DNA of 41,320 nucleotides from Conidiobolus incongruus B7586 (taxonomy: Eukaryota). Shown one piece after another: positions 1 through 12,950 of this stretch. The first letter of the stretch is position 1, and every line of letters starts with the position of its first letter. Under the pieces are notes generated by a model. That model did no database searches. It saw only the letters and a list, made by a program, of their open reading frames with translations, and was not told the DNA's origin. The stretch lies in the NCBI GenBank assembly GCA_000697335.1, contig JNEM01011893.1, positions 1 to 41,320 of the forward strand. Direction: 5' to 3'. A program made the translations under genes and the position numbers.

Positions 1-385
1 GCTTTATTAAAATATATATTTGTTTTATTAAATTAAATAACATTATTTTAATTAATTTTAATTTTATTTTAATATTAACATTTAATTTTTTAATTATCTT
101 TATAATAAATTTTTCTTAATTTAAGGTGTTTTTTCTTTAAATATAAGTAGTGTTTATTCTAATATAAGATATATATAATAGTATTAATACTAATTAATAT
201 TCTTATATAACTTTATACATCTTATTATATTTTTATAATAAAATTATATTTATTTATATTAATTATTTTATATATATACTTTCTATTATATTTATTTATA
301 TTTTTAATATATTTAAGTTTTAGTTTTAGTGTTTTTTTAACACTGTTTTTAATAACCTTAATTATAATAAATTAGCTAATATTTA

Positions 386-1707
386 TATTAATGCAGAAAT
401 TAAGTAATAGCACAATTTTAAAATTAAAATTAAATAAATAAATTAATAAATAATATATAAAAATTAATGAATAATATAAGATTAATAACCTCTTTTATTA
501 TTAATAACTCTTTTCTATACCTTTGGTAAGCTTCTAATACCTAAAAAACAGTTCTTTTTATTAAAGACTGAAATTTGATGTTTCACAAACCAATTTAATT
601 TGTTTGCAGGAATTTTTTTTCCTGCAAGCTGTTTTTTTAATTGTCTAAAACAATTATAATCACATAGATTATAATCAGGTGAATATACTGGATGTAGTAA
701 CTCCCTCTAATTTTTTTTATATAAAAAATCTTTTACAGCTTTAGCTTTATGTATTTTACAATTATCATGCAAAATAATAGGTGTCTTTAATTTATATTAA
801 GAACACCATTTAGAAATTGTTTTATTTAAAAAAGTAATATATAACTTATTATTAATTGATTTTCCTTGAGGTATTAAATAAGAAAACTATATACCATTAT
901 AATCTATTACAACAATTAACATTCACTTATATTTAAAGTGCTTATTCATTGGAATTTGTAGAGGGGATTAATTTGGCTTAACCCAACATCTTGTTTTATT
1001 TTTAGGTAAAGGATTATATAAAGGAATCTAAGATTCATTAATTGTAAGTATTCACTATAAAAACCTTTGTTTTTGGTTATACCTTAATAAGTTTAGTTTA
1101 GCTATAGCTACTCTAGTTTTCTTTTAGGTTTCTATTAAATTATATGGTATCCATTTTGTATTTTTATTAATTAATCTAAATTTAAATTTAAGTAAATATA
1201 ACATGTTTGTATAATTAATATTGAATTGCTTTGATAGTTCTCTAACAGAAATAAAAAGGTATTTCTTAATATATTTTTTTACTCTATTAGTAAGTAAAAG
1301 AGTAACAATAGAAATTAGTCTTTTAGATTTTGGTAAATTTTAAATAGTGTCCCTTCTAGCTTTAAAATCACAAATCTAGCAATATATGGTAGTTTTAGAT
1401 AAAGCACAATCTCTATAAGCTGTTTTTAAGTTTTAGATGATTTTAGAGGGTTTATAGTTAAGTTTTAAAGATACAAAAATAAAAGCCTTTTGATAATCAC
1501 AATCTAGTTTAAGTATAATTAAATTTAAGTATAAATTTTAAAGTCAAAATATTTTAATAAAAAAAATAATTAAAATTGAATATATATATAGTTTGAAAAT
1601 ATTTATTTTCCTATATATTTTATATATATATAATTTTTCAAAACATATAATATATTTGAAAGATCAGAAATTAAAAAATTTGCCATTTTTTAATTTCTAT
1701 ACTAATA
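386..1707 (-). mobile_element. mariner (DD34D) transposon copy 1, inactivated by transitions
   Basis: 1322 bp with TA at both ends. Imperfect TIRs: tattaatgcagaaattaagtaatagca vs rc tattagtatagaaattaaaaaatggca. The minus-strand pseudo-ORF 1516..482 (345 codons) contains AY(R)DCALSKTTIY, KWIPY (WVPHEL-type motif), ILTINES* (TGDEKW-type), ILHDNCKIH and HPVYSPDYNLCDY, with 34 aa between the 2nd and 3rd Asp. Confidence 0.92.
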
Positions 1708-2070
1708 ATTTTAATAATTTTATAAATTAATTTATTTTTTAAAATTGATTAATATATAAGTAAATTTTTTTAAAAAATGATTTAAATATTAAAATATTAA
1801 TTTTAAAATATTAACTTAATTATTTAAAGTATATATAATATAACAAAAGAAAAAAAAAGATATATATAAATTTTGTTATTTATACCCTTTTACCTTATAA
1901 ACCTACAAATTTATAACTTATTTTAGTTAAATTTTAGGTTTGGATATATTAACAAATAATTAAAAAATTATAATCAAATATAATAAATTATAATCAATTA
2001 ATATAGGTAAATTATATATTTTAATTTAAATTTATTTAATGAAAAATTATTTGAGATATAAGTAAATATA

Positions 2071-3644
2071 TACTGACTTGCAAAAATAAGTTATAAAATC
2101 AAAAATACTTATATTTTTACTAATAACTTGATTAATATTTAATAAAATAAACTTAAATTAAATAATAAAAATCTATTATATTTATTAATAATATATATCA
2201 TTATATGATAATATTTAGTTATTATTTGGTTAAAATATAAACACTTAAATTTTACCTAAGGTGAGTTATAAATTTATAGGTTTTTGGTGATAAAAAAAAT
2301 TAAAACCTAGTGTATCTACCTTTAACTTTTCTAACTTCTTTAAGTTTATAGGGTATAGAATCAACTAACTTCTTATACTAAGAAAAGTTAATCTTATTCT
2401 ATATTTCTTGAATATATTCCTAAAGTTAATCTAAATTTTTTGCTAGGAGGAAAGCTTTAATAACTTTTTTTAACTAATCTTAAAAATATTTAATTAAGTT
2501 AAAGTTAAAAGATTAAAAAAGTTACTTTATAATTGTTATCTTGTTATTTTTAAGTTATTTGGTAGTAGAAGCTATAATATAACAAAAGGCATTATCTTAC
2601 TAGAAAATAATATTAGATTTGTTTAACCTATACTATTCAATAGTTTTTTTCAGTTTATTGTTTAGAATACTTTAGTATATTTTAATATTAATCCCCCTAT
2701 TAATTTTACAAAGATACCCTATATCTAAAGATAACATATATCCCCAAATAATAATTAACCTACTATTATACTTTTAGGTAAAATTAACATAATAGTCATA
2801 AAGTAATTTTGTATCTTTTTTAAAGTATCTAGTTTTTTTATTAGATTTACTAAATTATATTTTTGTTTCATTAAATTAAATAACCTTACTCTAATTAGTT
2901 TTAGTTTAATATTAATAATAACATTTAAACTCCTAACTAACTTTACAATAAGATTTTTTTAATTGGGGGTGTTTTTTCTTAAGTTGTAAGTGGTATCTAT
3001 GCTAATATAAAATATATATAACAATATCAGTATTAACTAATATTCTTGTATAGTCTTATAGTTCCTGTTATACTTTTATAATAATATTATATTTACTTAT
3101 ATTAACTAACCTACAGATATATTTCTTATTATATTTATTTATAATCCTAATACATTTAAGTTTAAGTTTAAATGTGTTTTTATTGTTATTCTTAACAGCT
3201 TTAGCTATAATAAACTAGCTAACACCAGTAATTCTAGCAATATTATAAGTTAATTTACTTTTTTTATAAAGTTGATTAATATACAAATGGATTTTTTTAG
3301 AGAGGAATTTAAGTATAATGATACTAATAAAAAAAATTTAGTATATCTATAAAATATTATATAAAATAATAACAAAAAGAGAAAAAAGATATGGTTATAT
3401 ATTATTAAATATATCCTTTTATCTCAAAAACCTACAAATTTATAACTTATCTTAGTTAAATATTAAAGGTTAATATTTTTGCTAATAGTTTATTAAATAT
3501 ACCTAAATATATTTATTTATAATCAAATAATATATCTTAATTATATATTATAATTTCAAGTAAATTAATATATACAATTGTTTTAGTTATTAATTAAAAT
3601 ATATATATGTATTTGACTTTATAACTTATTTTTGCAGGTTAATG
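2071..3644 (-). mobile_element. Tc1-like (DD34E) transposon copy B with long (~230 bp) IR-DR-type terminal inverted repeats, inactivated
   Basis: TA-flanked. Ends are tactgacttgcaaaaataagttataaaa and rc cattaacctgcaaaaataagttataaa. The pseudo-ORF 3316..2300 (339 codons) reads F**DNAFCY...K*LF*SFNFNLIKYF*D, which is transition-decayed FQQDNAPCH...WPPQSPDLNPIEHLWD. The C-terminus LVDSIPYKLKEVRKVKGRYTRF* is Tc1-like. Confidence 0.88.
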
Positions 3645-6224
3645 TATAAGTAATTTAGATTTTATAACTTATTTTTATTAGTTAGTATATAATTCAATAT
3701 TAATTTTATTAATTTCTTTATTAATTTAAATTTTTTAACTAATATTTTACTATAATTTAAATATTATAATCTGTTATTTTTATATTATATTTTAATTATA
3801 AAATAAGAATTTTTGGCTTTTTTATTTTTTTTTATAATATTAATAACAAAACTAATTTTATATTTATATATTTCAAAATATATAATATATTAAAATATCC
3901 TAGCATTTTAAAATTATTAATATTTTCCTTAATTAATAAAAATATTTAATAATTGTTAAACTTTTATTAAAAGGTTAAATTTAAATAATTCAATATTTTA
4001 ATAAATTTAATTTAATAATTAAAAATTTTATCATAAAATTTAATAAAATATCAATTTTATTATTATTAATAATATTAGATTTATATTCAAACACTTAATA
4101 TGTGAGTTTTTTAATATTTTATTTATATATACATTGATAATCAAAATCAATAAATAATTAATAATAAAGAAGTGATTATAGATAGCAATAGTATATTTAT
4201 AATTAATAAAGAAAATATTGGATATATTTAATTCTAATAATAAAATCATTTTACACAAAACAAATATTAAAATTAATTTCTAAATATTATAGCTGATAAA
4301 ATTTGATGATTATATATTGATTAACTCTACTCTATCATTATTAGTAATTAATAAATTTTTTTAGTTATAATTATCAAAACTAATTATTTTAAAAATGACT
4401 GATCACTTTTAGATTTTAAATTTCCCTTAATTTGCATTAATTTTAAAAATAACAATTAATATATAATAAATACTTGAATTAATGACAATAATGAAAATTA
4501 TATAAGAAAATCACAAATTAATAAGAATATTTATAAGCAAAATATTATTCTTATGATATTTAATCATTTTAAGTATATTTGTTGAAGTTAGATAATATTT
4601 AATAAATTTAATAACTAAATATTATAATTTTTAAACTTATAATAAAGCAACTTTATAATACAAAATTTTGAAACTATTATTAACTATCAACTTAACTATA
4701 TATTGAAATATTTGAGTTTTTTAATTATGTTATTAAGATTACTTAAATAAAGATAATTATTTTAAGTTAAAATATTAATAAAATAATTAAACAAAAGACT
4801 TAATAAGTTTTATATTTATTATTTATAATTTTATTACACAAAAAAGGCATTATATTGAATTAATACAAAAGAAAACAATGGTAATATTTAACATATTATT
4901 TTTCAAAAGTCAAAATGATTAAATAAAGATAAAATCAATATATTAATATCTTAAAAATAGCTTTTAATTATATCTTAAAAAACATAAATAAGTATTTTAT
5001 TTATAATTAATTAAGTGATAAAAACTGTATAGCAAAATATAAATAATATTAAACAATTTATATAAATTCTGCCAAGTTATAAAATTCATATTAATATCAA
5101 GACATAAATATATTGAAATTTATATAGGGAATAAAAGAAAATATAATTAAATGATGATTTATTTTTAAAATTTAATCAAAATCAGTTATTGATTAAATTT
5201 TGTTTGAATTTAATGCAAATTCAAACAATTAATCAATCTAAGAAACTTACGAATAATTAATATTTTCCAAAGGAAATATAAAAAGCATAATCTTTATAAT
5301 CTAATATCATTGTAAGTTAAAACGTATAGCTACAATTATTACTAAATATAGTTCGAAATGAATTCTAGCCTTAAATATTAATTTATCAACTTATGTAAAT
5401 GCTCTCTTGTTAATTTATCTGTCATATAGAAAAAAAATATTTAAAAAATATTTGATCTTGTCTAATTTATTATAATCTATAAATAATATCAAAATAATAT
5501 ATAGTATAAAAAAGACTAAACAGTTTCAAAAAAATTGAAAAATCACAAAACACAATTGAAAATTGAAATATTAAATAATATTATATGGTTATACTTTTTG
5601 AATTTAAGGCACAATGGATGACAAAAAGCAAAATATATATTAAAAGTAAAATCAAAATAAAAATAAATAATTTTATTACGTATTTGATGTAATTCACTCA
5701 ATGATAAAACAGTATAACTTAAGTATAGAGCAGTTATTTGTGATAAATATTGTATGAGCAAAATATATGGTAATTTTAAATATTAGTATTTGTAACTTGA
5801 ATCAAACTAAACTATTAAGTGTGGATAATATTATGTTAAAAAATCAGAATATCTATAATACTAGAAATATGCTTCACTATTTAACACTTTACTTAGTTAA
5901 TATTTGAGGATTGAGGTTGAAGTTTACCCCTTGGGGTATCTAGGTTTTTTCAGATTTGGACAAGTTTAATTGTAAGCGAAGTCATAATAAATTAATTTAT
6001 ATTTTGAAGGAATAGATATTTATTTAATAGTGAAATAAAAGTTTAAGTTGCTTGGTAATTAAAGTGCTTAAATACAATAAATCAGGTCAATACCTATCTA
6101 AAGATAAAGGAATTAAGAATGTTTTGTAGGGACATAATATTAATTTAAGGGTTATAATTAATACAAGTAAATTTCAATCAATATACAAGTAACTATCTCT
6201 CACCTTTATCAATAAATCAAGAAT

Positions 6225-6234
6225 ATCCCATAAT
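6225..6234 (+). promoter_or_regulatory. Candidate promoter motif ATCCCATAAT
   Basis: 122 bp upstream of the PPAT ATG. The same 10-mer recurs upstream of other genes in this window. Confidence 0.55.
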
Positions 6235-6346
6235 TGTGTTGCAATTTAATTGTGACTACTAAAAAAACAAACCCACATAATGAAATAATTACATCATTTC
6301 AAGCAAGAATCATTAACTATCACACAAGCAAAAGATATTAATTACA

Positions 6347-7498
6347 ATGTCACTGGATCTCATTCTACCAATTCCATATCCAATTCAAAATCACCTTAAT
6401 CAATGGCTCAACGAATTATCACAAATTCTAAACCAACTCAAACGCTACGATGGCAAAACGCGTTACTTTATTTACATTTACGAGTCACGAGAACTCCAAT
6501 ACCCTACTAAACATATTCCTTTAGAAGAATTTCAAACCATAATAAAGCTAACATACTCTGAAGTGATCAGGAAATTGAGCTCAATGAACGACACAGTAGC
6601 CAACTGGGATATTAATATTAGTTTCGATTTTTTGAGTAAGTCGTGGCTATTGGATAGAGTTAAAACTACAGAGGGTTTGGAGGTGTGGATTCCTCATGAC
6701 GGTAAATAATATTAACTCATGATATTAGATTTGATTTTTATCATTAATATTATAGTGGAATTAAATCAATTCTACAAATATTTCGAATTGGACGAAGGGT
6801 TACTCAGAGATCAGATCAAGTTCTATATTCAGAAACATCCCAGTAATTTGGAAGGATGCCACTTCAATACTACGCCAGTAATCAGTCCCGGGTTCAAAGT
6901 TGAAAAAGAAGGCGTCTATGGGGCTTTGGGCGGCACTTTCGACCATTTGCACCCCGGTCACAAGATTCTGCTGTCCATTTCCGCAACTGTAGTAGAGAGG
7001 GAACTCTTCTGTGGTGTGATGGCGCCCGAGACTTTGAAGAGTAAAAGTTATGGTGAATTGTTGGAATCCATTGATTATCGAGTTCAAAAGGTTGAAGAAT
7101 TTTTAAAATTTTTTAATACTGAATTGAATGTTAAGGTATATATTAAGTGATATCAATTACATTATATTAATTTGGGTTTAGGTAGCTCCAATTTATGATG
7201 GTTATGGACCCACTGTCACGGATGCCGATTTCGACTGTATCATTCTGACTGAAGAAACTGCTAAGGGTGGCGATTTAGGTAATTTTTAATCAATTACTAA
7301 TATTTATCTATTTGATTAACTTGTACAATAGTGAACGAAAAAAGAGCTGAAAAGGGATGGACCCCATTAAAACCTATCATAGTGCAATTGATTCCAGAAG
7401 GGGGGAATCAGGATTCCAAAACAAATGATATTCAATCCAAATTAAGTTCCACAGCAATTAGAAAAAAATTAAGTGAATTACAATCTATCAACCAATGA
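6347..7498 (+). CDS. CAB4: Phosphopantetheine adenylyltransferase (Cab4/CoaD-like HxGH nucleotidyltransferase)
   Basis: Exons 6347-6701, 6756-7135, 7182-7278 and 7332-7498 splice in frame. Motifs GALGGTFDHLHPGHKILL, PIYDGYGPT, EETAKGG.VNEKR and KLSSTAIR. Confidence 0.85.
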
Positions 7499-7551
7499 AA
7501 TACTATGGAATTGCTTATTTAATAAAACCTTTATTTATCAATATAAGATTT

Positions 7552-9833
7552 CTATTTCTCTTTCTTAGTTTCTTCTTTCTTACCATTCATATCTTTGGGT
7601 TTAGATTCTTCGCCAACTTGACCGTATTCGTTAGGTCTGGAATGATCTTCAGGATAGATCCAGCGTTGGTAGAGATAGATAAAGAAGATGACGTCGTCTC
7701 GCAAGCATGCCAATCTGTGGAGGAGTGGCATCTTGATGATAAAGGCGAACATATCGTCCACGAAGGTGTTTAATGCCTTGTACATGAAGGTCTTCCAGGG
7801 CATATGGGATACGGACTTGAGCTTGTAGTTAATGAATAATTGGGGTGTCATAGTGATGAATCCGAAGGTGTACACGAATCCGACTGCGGTGTTGATGATA
7901 AAGGAGTACCAGCCCTTGTGTTCCTGATAGAACATGGAATAGATGGCATAGCAAGCGAGTAAGGGATAAGCTACATACGAGAGATAGGTGTAAGCTTGCT
8001 GATCGTATTCGTCAGTCTTCTCTTCAAGTTCGGTGACTTCCTTAGTCTTAAAGTGAAGAGTGTAAGGCAACAAAGATGCTCCATTACTGGGGACAATTTC
8101 AACATTCATCGCTTTTTTGACCTTCCAAATTTCGATTAAAAGACCAGCTCCTGAGCTCAGAATGATCATCCAACTGGTATTTTCGGAATTGTCAAATAGA
8201 TAAAGGAATGTAATGAGTTGGAAAACAATATTCATAATTAAAGTTCTGACAGAAACACCAATATTGTCTTTCTTTTGTTTCCAAAATGAAATATCTATTC
8301 AATAAACTATTAACTGATACTCTATAAATGAATTTATACTAATTATTACCGTTCTTGAAAGCCAAAAAGTCGAAGAGAGAGTGTAAAATAGAAACGATAA
8401 AGGTGGCACCCAGCATCCAAGGACTGTTTTCCATCAAAGTTTCCTAATGATTGTTAATCAAACCAATTATATAGCATAAATAGTATAAAATACCTTGATA
8501 ATATCTAGTTCAGAGGCATCCGATCCCATCATCGCCATCTGTTGAGCGAATTGAACAGTACTGATTTTTTGAAGTTGGAATTTCCACATGGAAATGGTTG
8601 AAAATTCAATATTCAATGGTAAATATCTAAATTGAAGTCAGAAAAAAAAATATGATAAATATTATTTAAAGAACTTACTCCACAGTTTCATTGATTGGTG
8701 TCAAGCTTTTTTGAAGGACCCAAAAATTGTTGAAGTAGATAATAGGGTAGAATTGATTCAACTTGGTAACTGGATCTACTTGGTCTAATGGTAACAATTG
8801 AATGGCTATAAAGTATAATTAGTACAATATCAATGAAATGTGTGATGAAATTATTACATTCTTGGACAGCTGGATGAACACCTTGCCAAGGAAGAACACC
8901 ATCAGCCTGAACCAATTGAATGGTGACGTTGGGGAACCAGTGACTCACGGTGGGAGCTGTTTTTTTCAACAAATTCTAGACCAATCAATTAACATTTTAT
9001 ATCTATGAATTCTGATTAAACATTACCTTAACAGCATCGAATTTGGAACCGTCCTGACCTTCAGTATCTTGACTAATTTCAGGTTTTTCAACTTCTTTAA
9101 CCTTGTCATCCTCAAGTCCTTCAGTCTTGTCACCATCAAACAATTTCTTTAATTTCTTTTGCTTTTTCAAAGGTACAAAATGATTCAAAACTACAACATT
9201 AAAATCTGTTCATTATCAATAAAATAATATTTACCTTGTCTATAATAAACGGTATTGCCTTCGACAAACTCAAATTCCTTCTCCATAGTATCCCTCATCT
9301 CGCCCTCCAACTTTACCAAATAAGTATGCGCATAAATCGTCCCATTATTCTTAACATTCTCACTAGGCGTAAAACCCCCTTGCTGGTGCATTTCGAAAGG
9401 TTCACTAATCTTCACAGGCTTAGATTTGAAAATGAGATCTTTGTCGTTCAAAGGGTAGGTTAGAGTTTCATTTTCGGATAAGTATACGCGAAGTTGCAAA
9501 GTATCACTTGGCTTCCAATATGGAACTAATTTTTGAGAATATACCGTGCGTGGAGGGATTGGGACGCTTTCACCAGTTTCAGTTTCACTACTCTGGTGTT
9601 CAACATTGGTTGCGGGGTTTTGAGGATTCAAAAAATCTAACAAAACAAAATTAATGATTATGAAATATTAATAAGAATAAATTACTTTTAACAACATTCA
9701 TAGCCATATAAATCATTAAAAAATTACTGAAAGTACTTAACATAACTCTCCAGGTGGATTGCTCCTCCTGAGGCGGTTGTAAAGGAGCAGTAGCTCCCTC
9801 TCCTTGAGAATTGGTTTCAGAGCTTCGTGCCAT
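7552..9833 (-). CDS. CLPTM1-family multi-pass membrane protein
   Basis: 8 exons with 7 GT-AG introns join in frame. Motifs SHWFPNVTI, YPIIYFNNFW, LHSLFDFLAFKNDISFWK and FGFITMTPQLFINYKLKSVSHMPWKTFMYKALNTFVDDMFAFIIKMP. Confidence 0.9.
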
Positions 9834-10296
9834 ATAATTGAGTTAATTTGGTTGAATATGGTTACTTTGAATTTGAGATGATGTTTTGGAATTGAAATTG
9901 ATAAATACATAATTGTGGTGCTTTTTATTTAATGGGACTTAGAATATCAACAAAGTTCTAAAATTTCTCAAATATGGATTTTTTTAGCAAATAATATAAT
10001 ATTATCAAAAACGTGGGAATTTTTTAACTTAATGATGAGATAATGATATAAAATTATTAGTGTGTTTAGCTTATTTATTATATTATATATATTAAACTGA
10101 AGTCAAAAATAAAGGATTATTTAGATACAAAAATTGGAAAAAAATATATAAAAAATCAGTTACTGAATTTCAGCAAAAAAAATAGCTGAATTAAAATTGA
10201 AAGTAATTAAGATATGTGATAATTAGTATCAATTAAATTTTTATTAACTTACAAATATTACACTGAATTTTTTTATAGACTTTAAAAATTACACTA

Positions 10297-10810
10297 TTAG
10301 TGATAACCCCTAGGTGGTGGAGGGTAGCGTGAATCTGATCTAGGAGGTTGCGACTGATCGTAATGATGACCGCCTCCGGGAGATCCATAGTTAGGTGGAG
10401 GAGGTGGGGGAGGAACACCACCGCTTGAAGCATACCCCATAGGAGGTCTTCCATATGAAGGTGGTCCCATAGGTCGTACTAAAACTAATATTAGTCAAAT
10501 ACATAGCCGTAATATAAATGGCACTTACTCATTGGACCCATAGGTCCCATCATAGGATTAAAACCAGTACCCGAATAAGCCATAGTAATTTGATCGATAA
10601 TTGCTTGAGTTTTATCCTGACCCAATTCCGAGTAGTACTCCCTCACCATGGAAATATGTTTCCAGCCTGCATTGTGTGCCTTTCTCACTGAAGCGGAATC
10701 ATGAGTTAAAAAAATATCGCAATAATCTAAAATTTTGAGCATTTGTTAAATATTTTTGAGTCTATTAGATAAATTAAATATGTATGCTTACCACAATAAT
10801 ATTTCGGCAT
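10297..10810 (-). CDS. SNRPC: U1 snRNP protein C (matrin-type zinc finger, Pro/Met/Gly-rich tail)
   Basis: Three exons give [30 protein letters not shown] followed by a proline-rich tail, with stop TAA at 10299-10297. Confidence 0.92.
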
Positions 10811-10899
10811 TAATATTAAAGATATTCAATATGTAATTTTTGTTAAATAAGTCTTTCAACAAATGTCACTTTGATTTATATTTTTTAAATTAATATATT

Positions 10900-10909
10900 A
10901 TTATGGGAT
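10900..10909 (-). promoter_or_regulatory. Candidate promoter motif ATCCCATAAT
   Basis: About 90 bp upstream of the U1-C ATG, in the gene's sense orientation. Confidence 0.55.
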
Positions 10910-11188
10910 TATACAAAATTTTAGTTTGAATGAAAATTTACACTATAAAATCAATTAAGGTGATACGGAATATTATGATAATATTTTAAAATATAAAACT
11001 CCTTACTTTTATTCATCAATAGTGTTGAATCATTTTTTTAATTTAATTTCTTATTAAAATATAATGCAAAACTAAAGACAATAATATTTTATGATAATTC
11101 CCACAATTATTCAATTTTGGCCAATTAAAATAAATATATCACAGATGATGTCAACAATTCAAAAAATTTTAATTTCATTCTAATTAAA

Positions 11189-12104
11189 ATGTCGGATACA
11201 GAAGCTCAAAATCAAGAAATTTTACCTATTATTAAACAGGAAATTTTATACTGTGGTGGTAATTAACGCTTAATATCATCCTTATATCTATGATTAATAT
11301 TTTTCAACAGTTTGTACTATGCCACCCGAAGTAATTCACGTATTAAAATAATGAGAGTATTTTTTGATATTTTTTCTAGTATTGTGAATTTGGTCAAAGT
11401 CTGAATAAATGTAAAAATTGGTTATTAAGTAACCATCCTGAAACTTTTAAACAGTTGTATGGTCAAGGTAATATATTTTCTAACTTTATATCAATTGAAC
11501 TCTAATAGTTTGTAGAGGAACCCCCTAAGGTTGAAGAAACTACCGAAGTTAAACCTGTTCACAAAAGTATTAGTTAAAGTGTTTAGCTTTGTGTATATTT
11601 TATTTATTGTTGGTTTTAGGTACTCTCTCTAAAGCTGAAAAGGAAGCTTTAAAGAAAGAGGTAATTTGCTTTCCAAATTTTATGAATTTGACTTAGATTC
11701 ATTAATTTGATTAGACTGCTCGAGTTACTATCAAACGTATCGAAAGAAATAAGAGAAAGCATATCACTTCTATTTCTGGATTGGAAGTATTTGGTAATAT
11801 TTATTTATATATCATACTCTACAACAATTCATTAACCATTTATTAAAGATGTGGACTTGAAAAAAGCCGCCAAAGTATTTGCTAACAAATTCGCTTGTGG
11901 TGCTTCCGTTACCAAGAATATTTTGGGACAGGACGAAATCGTCGTTCAGGGAGATTGCTCCGATGAATTGTTGGATTTGATCCCCAGTACTTGGAAACAA
12001 GTAATTACCATTTTTAATTATTAGATTTTATACTGATTTATTGGTACTAGGTGGATGAAAATCGTATCGATTTAGTCGAGGATACTAAGAAGGGTAAAAA
12101 ATAA
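11189..12104 (+). CDS. TMA22: Density-regulated protein / translation machinery-associated protein 22 (SUI1 domain)
   Basis: 8 exons, including a 20-nt microexon at 11311-11330. Spliced ILYCGVCTMPPEYCEFG, then RVTIKRIERNKRKHITSISGLEVFDVDLKKAAKVFANKFACGASVTKN. Absent from the ORF track because all exons are short. Confidence 0.9.
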
Positions 12105-12758
12105 ACATAATATTTAACTCTTTTGCTTTATTAAAAATATTTGTTTATATTGTAAATCATTTGATATTTTAAATAACTTTTTCAATAATAATAATAATAT
12201 ATGACATTCTAAAAATAGAATACATCTTCAATTACAAATTAGCTTAGAATTAAAAATTTGATCATATATCACAAGTGATGATTGCCCCCATTCGCTATAT
12301 TCATTTCAAATAATTTTTACAATGGTGGTTTTGTATAGATAATAATTCATTTTGTTTTATGAATATTATATATTTTTAACAAATATATTATTAGATATTT
12401 AATAATAAGAAAAACTAAATTCAGTTTTAAATTTGAATAAATTAATAATTGACTTATATGTAATTTAAAATGTTTTTTATTGATACTCCTTTCGTAGTAT
12501 ATTACACATATTTACATTTTGCATCTTATTCATTGTTGAAATTTATTCAATTTATTTAATACAATTTCTATGAATTCATTGTATTAAATTAGATACTTTA
12601 TTATGTCTCAAAATTTAAATAATTTTTTATAAAAAGTAAGAATTATATATATATATTTGATGATATTACTTTTATTAGTCAAATATATATAAAATCTATC
12701 AATTTAACAATAAATTTAATAATAGAAATTAACCTTCAATTATTTCCTGTTTTATTAG

Positions 12759-12776
12759 CAATCCCATAATATTAAT
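12759..12776 (+). promoter_or_regulatory. Candidate promoter motif CAATCCCATAATATTAAT
   Basis: About 190 bp upstream of the eIF3g ATG. This 18-mer is identical to 35696-35713. Confidence 0.55.
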
Positions 12777-12950
12777 TGATTATTTCCAAAACTTTAAAAA
12801 TAAAATTCCATTGAGCATTTAATAATCAATAGTTATAAAAAATATTTTCAACAATTAATTCATATCAATTTAGTTCAATATTTTTTAAACTACTAATACA
12901 TATTATAATATTACATATATACATATTATTAATTATTGATTTATAACAAA

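Larger units (their letters stand above)
1..3689 (-). mobile_element. Tc1-like DNA transposon relic A (outer element, cut by the window start, interrupted by two insertions)
   Basis: 1-385 and 1708-2070 are collinear with ~2840-3605 of element B (e.g. ...ttagctaatattta[TA]attttaataa vs B ctagctaacaccag TA attctagcaa). The terminal TIR remainder (gattttataacttatttttattagttagta+TA) resumes at 3647-3689 after element B. Confidence 0.8.

Noticed and set aside
482..3316. Stop-codon reassignment as an explanation for in-frame TAA/TAG in the transposases
   Set aside because: The stops replace both Gln and Trp and differ between copies. Host genes use the standard code and end in TAA, TAG or TGA.
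4040..5761. Short ORFs 4040-4258 and 5543-5761
   Set aside because: I/N/K/L/F-rich translations typical of chance ORFs in AT-rich DNA, with no motifs.
6800..9463. Antisense ORFs 6800-7087, 7495-7773 and 9236-9463
   Set aside because: Shadows of PPAT and CLPTM1 exons.
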